Source: Flavobacteriales bacterium (GTDB taxonomy: Bacteria > Bacteroidota > Bacteroidia > Flavobacteriales_D > Sanyastnellaceae). From it: a stretch of DNA of 64,000 nucleotides. Shown here piece by piece: positions 57,876-64,000 of this stretch. The stretch lies in contig CANHPZ010000001.1 in assembly GCA_947462725.1 (NCBI GenBank), positions 3,969 through 67,968 of the forward strand, given 5' to 3'. The notes below the pieces were generated by a model. The model worked only from the letters and a program-made list of their open reading frames with translations. It did not search any database and was not told where the DNA came from. Within the stretch, counting starts at the first letter, position 1, and each line of letters starts with the position of its first letter. Position numbers and translations under genes: made by a program.

Positions 57876-58651
57876 GTGCACTCGCTTACATACACCCCGA
57901 TGCCCGCATCGGACAAAACGTTGAAATAGGGCCATTCACCAGTATCGCTGCAGATGTAGTAATTGGCGACGGCACCTGGATTGGCCCAAACGTTACCATC
58001 ATGGATGGCGCACGCATTGGAAAGAATTGCCGGATTTTTCCGGGCGCAGTTATTTCCGCTATTCCGCAAGACCTCAAATTCGACGGAGAAAAAACCACCG
58101 CTGAAATTGGCGACAACACCACTATTCGTGAGTGCTGCACCATAAACCGCGGCACCAAAGACAAATTCAAAACGGCAGTGGGTAGCGATTGTTTGCTCAT
58201 GGCTTATGTGCACATAGCACATGATGCTATCGTAGGCAATCATTGCGTTATAGCGAATAGCGCCAATATCGCAGGTCATGTCGATATAGAAGATTGGGTA
58301 ATAATCGAAGGTGTAGTGGCAATACAGCAATTTGTGCGTGTTGGTCAACATTCCTTTATCGCCGGCGGAAGCCTGGTGCGCAAAAATGTGCCACCCTTTG
58401 TGAAGGCCGCGCGCGAGCCGCTTAGCTATGCCGGAGTCAATACAGTTGGTTTGCGCCGCAGAGGTTTCGACAATGAAGTTATCGCACACATTGAGGATGT
58501 GTATCGCATGATATATGTGCACAATAGTAACATGAGCCGAGCTATGCATGCTGCAGAACTCGAACTCCCCAACACCGAGCACAAGCAAACCATTCTCGAC
58601 TTCATACGCAACAGCGACAAGGGTATCATTCGTGGTCCGCAAGGATTGTAA
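57872..58651 (+). CDS. lpxA: Acyl-ACP--UDP-N-acetylglucosamine O-acyltransferase
   Basis: 259 aa. Hexapeptide repeats. IHPDARIGQNVEIGPFT. Has an ATGA overlap with lpxC/fabZ. Confidence 0.95.
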   Translation: MSALAYIHPDARIGQNVEIGPFTSIAADVVIGDGTWIGPNVTIMDGARIGKNCRIFPGAVISAIPQDLKFDGEKTTAEIGDNTTIRECCTINRGTKDKFKTAVGSDCLLMAYVHIAHDAIVGNHCVIANSANIAGHVDIEDWVIIEGVVAIQQFVRVGQHSFIAGGSLVRKNVPPFVKAAREPLSYAGVNTVGLRRRGFDNEVIAHIEDVYRMIYVHNSNMSRAMHAAELELPNTEHKQTILDFIRNSDKGIIRGPQGL

Positions 58652-58653
58652 AC

Positions 58654-59277
58654 ATGCATGTAGCCCTTCACCATATTGGCAAGCGATACCAGAAAGAATG
58701 GATTTTTCGCGCTATTGATGGCCAATGGAACGAAGACAGTTGCACATCCATTATTGGCGGCAATGGATCAGGCAAGTCAACACTTACACAAATCATCAGC
58801 GGATTTCTTTCGAGTAGTGAGGGGGAATTGCGCTGGAGCATAAACGACAAGCCCATCCCGCGTGACAAGGTGTATGAACACGTTTCCTTATGCACACCTG
58901 TAGTGCAGCTTTGGGACGATTTTACACTGCGCGAAAACATAGAATTCTTTCTTCGGTTTAAATCATTGCGCAACGACTTCAGTGCTGCTGATTTCATGCA
59001 AATCATAGAATTGGAAAAACAAGAACACCGCGCACTTAAGAATTTTTCTAGTGGTATGCGGCAGCGTGTTAAACTGGGGATGGCCATCCTCGCTAATACA
59101 TCGCTTCTCATATTGGATGAGCCATGTTCGCACCTCGACGAGCGCGCAGTGCAATGGTTTCAGCAATTGCTCAAGTTGCACTCAGCAGGGCGCACCATTT
59201 TCGTTGCATCCAACAAAGATGAAAGGGAAACATTTCTGTGTGAGAGCAGTCTTGATGTTGCTGCGTGGAAGCCCTAG
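58654..59277 (+). CDS. ABC transporter ATP-binding protein (no adjacent permease)
   Basis: 207 aa. Walker A GGNGSGKST. Signature-like FSSGMRQR. Walker B LLILDEP. Confidence 0.8.
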   Translation: MHVALHHIGKRYQKEWIFRAIDGQWNEDSCTSIIGGNGSGKSTLTQIISGFLSSSEGELRWSINDKPIPRDKVYEHVSLCTPVVQLWDDFTLRENIEFFLRFKSLRNDFSAADFMQIIELEKQEHRALKNFSSGMRQRVKLGMAILANTSLLILDEPCSHLDERAVQWFQQLLKLHSAGRTIFVASNKDERETFLCESSLDVAAWKP

Positions 59278-60761
59278 GCTTGATGCCCCGGTCGAAGCAA
59301 ATCGTTCACGGTCTTCACCGGATTGAATGTGGATATTGGCACTTCAACAAAAACAGTATTCCACAAGGCCATTGCACCATTCCACAAGCCCGGCCATTCA
59401 AGCGCTTTGATTACTTGACCTTGTGCAAACTTTTCACTCACGAATCCTGCTGTATAATCAATGAAATCCTCGAGGTGATAATTCTCGCCGTGACGATTCT
59501 TGATGGAGCAAACCAAATCAACCGGATTGAAATGAGTGGCTGAGGCCAATATCTTAACCTGATCGGCATCCGACAAATCCACCTGACTCTTCTCTACAAT
59601 TTGCTTGCTCAGATAACCACCCTCCATTTTCACCCAAAAAGGTCCACCACCGGGTTCACCCGCATTGCGCACCATTCCGCACACACGCAATGGACGGTCG
59701 AGGCGCAGAATGGCATATTGACGCAGCTGATTCATGCTCATTCCTAATGGCTGATCAGGCTCGAACCACGTTTTAATTAACTCCATGGCATCGCTCAGAG
59801 CCGACTGGTTGCCGGCTTCAATTCCCTCAAGCAACACATTTATTTTTTGGCGCAATTCAAGTAGCACACCGGCCAGCACCTGCTTATAGAATATGGTTTG
59901 ATCGAGCTGATTCTGTGTCGTTACGTTGTCGATATTCTTGATAAAAATGACATCGGCATCCAGATGCTGCAAATTTCCGATGAGCGCTCCGTGACCGCTG
60001 GGACGAAAAACCAAGCGACCCTCTGCGTCGCGAAATGGCTCATCGTCTTTGGTGAGCGCCAACGTATCAGTGCTTATCGCTTGAGTACTGTACGCTATTT
60101 CAAATTTATCATAATCCAATTCCTTCAACTTGTTATCGAAGTAGGATGATACGCGATCTATATGTTGCGGGGCAAGTGTAAAATGGAGTCTGCAACGGCC
60201 ATCACCTTGCTTTGCGTATCCGATTGACTCATACAAGTGCTCATCGAACGCCGTGCGAATTTGCTCGTTGTATTGATGGAAGACCACGAGTCCCTTCAGC
60301 TGATCATCATAATTCAAACCATACGGTTGAAGCATGAATTCAAAAATCGCGTGCCAATCGTTCGCTTGCTGCAATTGCTCGAGATCCAATCCTTGTGCTG
60401 ACATTTGATCACGCACAATAGACCAAAAAGGGAAACGGCGAAAATTGAGAATAAACTCTTGGGTGAGCTCGTTGCTTTTTTCAGAATCGAAATTGTAGAG
60501 ATGCTTAAACATGCGACTTGCCGCGCCTGATGCCGGTACAAACTTGAGCAACTTCTTGTGCTCACGCTCTTTCTCATATACTCTTTGGTATGCCAGACAA
60601 TCATCCTCGCTTAAGGCCAATATCCCATCGCCAACCGTGCATGCTCTATCCAGCCGTGCCGGCTGAGTGTCTTTGGTAAACTGATGAATTTGCTGCAAAG
60701 CTCCGCTAACGTTCAGGCCGCGCTCCTGCAATTGCATCTCATCTTTCTCATCAAAAAACAT
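59274..60761 (-). CDS. DUF4301-like protein with UDP-sugar pyrophosphorylase-like motifs
   Basis: The ATG at 60761 gives MFFDEKDEMQLQ... (495 aa). FVPASGAASRMFK and FRPSGHGAL. Confidence 0.5.
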   Translation of the reverse strand: MFFDEKDEMQLQERGLNVSGALQQIHQFTKDTQPARLDRACTVGDGILALSEDDCLAYQRVYEKEREHKKLLKFVPASGAASRMFKHLYNFDSEKSNELTQEFILNFRRFPFWSIVRDQMSAQGLDLEQLQQANDWHAIFEFMLQPYGLNYDDQLKGLVVFHQYNEQIRTAFDEHLYESIGYAKQGDGRCRLHFTLAPQHIDRVSSYFDNKLKELDYDKFEIAYSTQAISTDTLALTKDDEPFRDAEGRLVFRPSGHGALIGNLQHLDADVIFIKNIDNVTTQNQLDQTIFYKQVLAGVLLELRQKINVLLEGIEAGNQSALSDAMELIKTWFEPDQPLGMSMNQLRQYAILRLDRPLRVCGMVRNAGEPGGGPFWVKMEGGYLSKQIVEKSQVDLSDADQVKILASATHFNPVDLVCSIKNRHGENYHLEDFIDYTAGFVSEKFAQGQVIKALEWPGLWNGAMALWNTVFVEVPISTFNPVKTVNDLLRPGHQA

Positions 60762-60899
60762 AGTGAAACTGATTTGCTGCGAAGATAACCGCTGAAATGT
60801 CGCTACCCGATTGTGTAGAAAAAAGAAAACCGCCGGGATCCCATTTTGCAATGATCACCCAAGCGGCCCTCCACCCTATTTCGGTTGAATATCTTAGTG

Positions 60900-61295
60900 C
60901 TATGCTGCCGGTCGCTCCATGGCTAGAAGCAGTTGGTCATAGACAATTTGACAATTATTTTTTACTCGTTTCACCAACATTGGCAAACCATCGAGATTGC
61001 GCAAGTATTTACTATCCTGCTCTATCTGAACAATATCGGCCTCCATTTCCTTGATGCCCAACATAGCTACAGAACTCTTGGCTTTGTGGGCTAGCGGATG
61101 AAGCGAAAGCGGCTCATTCTTTCTAACACATTCTTCCATTTCATTCACGTACTTGGGTACTTGCTGAAGGAACAACACTATAATATTGTTGATCATTTCT
61201 CTGTTACCTTGAAACACTTGATTCAAGTAAGAGAGGTCGTAACGGGCTGCAGAATTCATTTCCATTTTTTCTCTGTTAGGTTGGTCCTTGTACAA
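60900..61295 (-). CDS. Stand-alone Hpt (histidine phosphotransfer) domain protein
   Basis: 131 aa. LHPLAHKAKSSVAMLGI fits the H-x-x-K-(G/S) Hpt phospho-His helix. Confidence 0.6.
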   Translation of the reverse strand: MYKDQPNREKMEMNSAARYDLSYLNQVFQGNREMINNIIVLFLQQVPKYVNEMEECVRKNEPLSLHPLAHKAKSSVAMLGIKEMEADIVQIEQDSKYLRNLDGLPMLVKRVKNNCQIVYDQLLLAMERPAA

Positions 61296-61400
61296 CCATA
61301 CTCCTTGAAAAGTTACAGGTGATGTAAATATTTTTTTAAAATCCCAATAAAATCAATGGAAAGAACATCAAAATAAATTCTGCGTTTTATCTTGCGCACC

Positions 61401-62414
61401 ATGAAAAAGGTGCTGGTTACTGGAGGTGCGGGTTATATTGGATGTCATACTGTGGTTGAATTGCTCAATCACGACTTCATTCCTATTATCATAGATAATT
61501 TTTCGAATACGGATGAACGCATCCTTCAAGGGCTCGAAGAAATCCTGGGATTCATGCCCATTGTTTACCGCACCGATTGCACGGACTACAAGGCCATGCA
61601 TGAGGTTTTCTCTCTGGAAAAGCCGGATGCTGTAATTCATTTCGCGGCATTCAAAGCTGTAGGCGAGTCAACCGCCCATCCACTTAAATACTATCACAAC
61701 AACATCGATTCCTTGCTGGTGGTTCTTCGCCTCATGGACGAATTCAATGTAAACGAGCTCGTGTTCAGCAGCAGCTGTACAGTTTACGGCCAACCCGCCA
61801 TGCTTCCGGTGAATGAAAATTGCCCGCCACAACAAGCGACGTCGCCTTATGGATATAGCAAGCAGGTCTCAGAGCAAATCATCATTGACACCTGTGCGGC
61901 TCGTCCGCAGCTGAAGTGTACACTCCTGCGCTATTTCAATCCCATCGGCGCACACCCTTCGGCGCTCATTGGCGAATTGCCGTACGGCATACCCAACAAC
62001 CTGGTGCCCTACATTACACAAACGGCTGCAGGTATCAGAGAAAAACTCACCATACATGGCAACGACTACAGCACCAACGACGGCACCTGTATTCGAGACT
62101 ATATCCACGTTTGTGACTTGGCCGCTGCACACGTAAAAGCATTGGAATGGTTATCCGGCCAGAGCAATGTGTGTGAAGCATTCAACCTCGGACAAGGAAA
62201 AGGCAACAGCGTGAAGGAAGTCGTAGATACGTTTGTGCGTGTAAACAATGTGGCCGTTAACATTGAAATAGGGCCAAGACGCTCGGGCGATGTGGAGCAA
62301 GTCTACGCGGATGTGAGCAAAGTTAAAAACGCACTCCATTGGCAAACGGAACGTAGCCTTGATGAAGCCTTGAAAGACGCTTGGAAATGGCAGCGTCACT
62401 TGACACAAGCCTAA
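61401..62414 (+). CDS. galE: UDP-glucose 4-epimerase
   Basis: The ATG at 61401 gives MKKVLVTGGAGYIGCHT. SSSCTVYG, YGYSK. Confidence 0.95.
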   Translation: MKKVLVTGGAGYIGCHTVVELLNHDFIPIIIDNFSNTDERILQGLEEILGFMPIVYRTDCTDYKAMHEVFSLEKPDAVIHFAAFKAVGESTAHPLKYYHNNIDSLLVVLRLMDEFNVNELVFSSSCTVYGQPAMLPVNENCPPQQATSPYGYSKQVSEQIIIDTCAARPQLKCTLLRYFNPIGAHPSALIGELPYGIPNNLVPYITQTAAGIREKLTIHGNDYSTNDGTCIRDYIHVCDLAAAHVKALEWLSGQSNVCEAFNLGQGKGNSVKEVVDTFVRVNNVAVNIEIGPRRSGDVEQVYADVSKVKNALHWQTERSLDEALKDAWKWQRHLTQA

Positions 62415-62423
62415 TCAACCATT

Positions 62424-63098
62424 CTAGATCATGAGTGTTGTGGATATGACAATCCAATTCACGACCGCGCCTAAGCAAAATCCGGCATATACCTGACCGT
62501 GCGTATGCGCATCTAAATACAGGCGAGAATAGCCGGTAACTCCAGCCATCAACAGAGACAAAGCAGGATAAACAGTATCCAGATTAGGGTGAACAACATT
62601 GAGCGCCAGCAGCGTTCCAAACACGCCTCCCTGAGCCAGCATGTGCACAGAAATCTTCCAAACACTGTTGATGGATAAACTGATGATGAGGGAAACAATC
62701 ACCGAGAGAAAGAAACTAAACACCGTATCCGGCAGGTAAGGCCCCTTCCAGCGCAGCATCACATAAGAAATAATGTAATAGAAAATGACCAACAAATAAG
62801 GACCAAACCTTTCCTTGCGATTGCGCAGTTCGATACTACTTAACATTCCATATCGAATCATGATGAGCATGCTCACGGCCGGAGCAACAATATTAATAGC
62901 CAACAACAAGAAGACGAAATAATCTGCTTGCGTTGGTGCGATGTAATACGGATCAATGGTGCGCACCGACATATAAATAATGAGTGGCATCCACAGCGGA
63001 TGAAAAATGACCGACAATATCTGCGCAATACGATACATGGTCGTGCGCACCACAGGTGGCGCTGTAATTACAGTCTCATTGGATGTGCTCTCTACCAT
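62424..63098 (-). CDS. PAP2-superfamily-like integral membrane protein
   Basis: 224 aa with about 6 TM helices. C-terminal SRLYLDAHTHGQV resembles the PAP2 SRxxxxxHxxxD motif. The other PAP2 motifs are degenerate. Confidence 0.45.
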   Translation of the reverse strand: MVESTSNETVITAPPVVRTTMYRIAQILSVIFHPLWMPLIIYMSVRTIDPYYIAPTQADYFVFLLLAINIVAPAVSMLIMIRYGMLSSIELRNRKERFGPYLLVIFYYIISYVMLRWKGPYLPDTVFSFFLSVIVSLIISLSINSVWKISVHMLAQGGVFGTLLALNVVHPNLDTVYPALSLLMAGVTGYSRLYLDAHTHGQVYAGFCLGAVVNWIVISTTLMI

Positions 63099-64000
63099 TC
63101 CTTTCTCAATCGTGCTACAGGTATGCCTAATTGCTCGCGATACTTAGCTACCGTGCGGCGCGCAATATTATAACCCTTTTCATTCAAAATCTTCATGAGC
63201 TTCTCGTCAGTAAGCGGTTTACGCTTAGGCTCCGCTTCTATGGCATCCTTTAGAATCTGCTTCACCTCACGTGATGAAACTTCCTCACCTTCATCGGTGC
63301 TCATACTTTCACTGAAGAAGTATTTCAGCAAATACGTGGAATAGGGTGTCTGAATGTATTTGCTATTGGCCACTCGACTGATCGTGGATATGTCCATGTG
63401 TACGATATCCGCAATGTCCTTCAATATCATAGGCTTCAACTTCGTCTCATCGCCTGATAGAAAAAACTCACGTTGATAGGTGACTATTGCCTGCATGCAG
63501 TATAGCAATGTATCGTTGCGCTGCTTGATGGCATCGATAAACCACTTAGCTCCATCAATCTTCTGCTTCACAAACAGCATGGCTTCCTTCGATTTAGCAT
63601 CCTTTACTTTTGACTTGGCATAGTGCTGCATCATTTCGCGATACTCCCGGCTTATGCGTAACTCAGGAGCATTCCGACCATTGAGTGTCAACTTCAATTC
63701 ATCGTCCTCCACCATCAGTAAGAAATCAGGAGTCACGTGCTGCACGGTACGCACGGTTTCCATCATGCTATTGCCCGGTTTCGGATTGAGATGCAGAATC
63801 AAGTCGATGGCAGGCTTCAAGTCATCATCTGCGAGGTCGAAGCGCTTAGCAATTTTCTCGTAATGCTTCTTTGTAAACTCATCGAAGTGCTTGGCTATTA
63901 TTTGCTCGGCCAATACCGTTTCGGCTGTGCGCTCTTCGCTTCGCTTGATTTGAATCAATAGACACTCCCTCAAATCGCGAGCTCCTACACCGGGGGGATC
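63092..64000 (-). CDS. rpoN: RNA polymerase sigma-54 factor, C-terminal part. The gene continues beyond the window end.
   Basis: RpoN box ARRTVAKYREQLGIPVARLRK. HTH ILKDIADIVHMDISTISRV. The frame stays open upstream of the track's first Met at 63973. Confidence 0.9.
   Translation of the reverse strand, partial: DPPGVGARDLRECLLIQIKRSEERTAETVLAEQIIAKHFDEFTKKHYEKIAKRFDLADDDLKPAIDLILHLNPKPGNSMMETVRTVQHVTPDFLLMVEDDELKLTLNGRNAPELRISREYREMMQHYAKSKVKDAKSKEAMLFVKQKIDGAKWFIDAIKQRNDTLLYCMQAIVTYQREFFLSGDETKLKPMILKDIADIVHMDISTISRVANSKYIQTPYSTYLLKYFFSESMSTDEGEEVSSREVKQILKDAIEAEPKRKPLTDEKLMKILNEKGYNIARRTVAKYREQLGIPVARLRKEW

Noticed and set aside
57779-58642. 287-aa ORF antisense to lpxA
   Set aside because: It exactly shadows the lpxA hexapeptide-repeat region. 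The regular repeat periodicity keeps the opposite strand open. lpxA itself is unambiguous, and the antisense product has no recognisable motif.
59272-59279. CCTAGG palindrome containing both convergent stop codons
   Set aside because: It is a trivial consequence of TAG read on both strands, and no regulatory meaning can be argued.
1-64000. Search for CRISPR arrays, rRNA/tRNA genes, IS elements, integrases, phage or conjugative genes, DGR/retron-type elements, and long direct or inverted repeats
   Set aside because: I recognised none by eye. Coding density is very high and the largest non-coding gaps are under 300 nt. A computational repeat, tRNA and Rfam scan would be needed to exclude small elements definitively.

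Overview
This 64 kb window looks like conserved chromosomal backbone from a Bacteroidota genome (Flavobacteriia/Cytophagia-like). It holds about 58 tightly packed CDSs, many with 1-4 nt overlaps. I saw no rRNA, tRNA, CRISPR array, transposase, integrase or phage genes. Lineage markers are a type III glutamine synthetase, a fused LpxC/FabZ, a fused E1 alpha/beta dehydrogenase, BshA, three proteins ending in type IX secretion (T9SS) C-terminal sorting domains, and TAnnTTTG -7 promoter boxes. Recognisable housekeeping genes include tgt, prfA, a purM-family gene, aroQ, cysQ, pdhB, recF, ribH, rsmE, rpsP, rimM, aconitase, lpxA, galE and rpoN (cut by the window end). An LptF/LptG permease is cut by the window start and is missing from the ORF track. 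I could not find a convincing self-contained multi-gene novel system: there is no defence-island, mobile-element or biosynthetic-cluster signature. The best leads are unusual single-gene architectures. (1) A pentaheme c-type cytochrome carries a T9SS sorting domain. (2) A 1163-aa PNGase F-like protein has its N-terminal domain split by an insert of about 500 aa containing a LamG domain, and it sits in a tight array with a Crp-family regulator. (3) A Lys/Ala/Pro-rich protein carries an AT-hook. (4) A 1197-aa TraB/GumN (Tiki-like) protein lies immediately upstream of recF. (5) An S9-like beta-propeller/hydrolase appears to lack its catalytic Ser and His. All functional calls rest on reading the translations and on recalled family motifs. 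No database search was possible.
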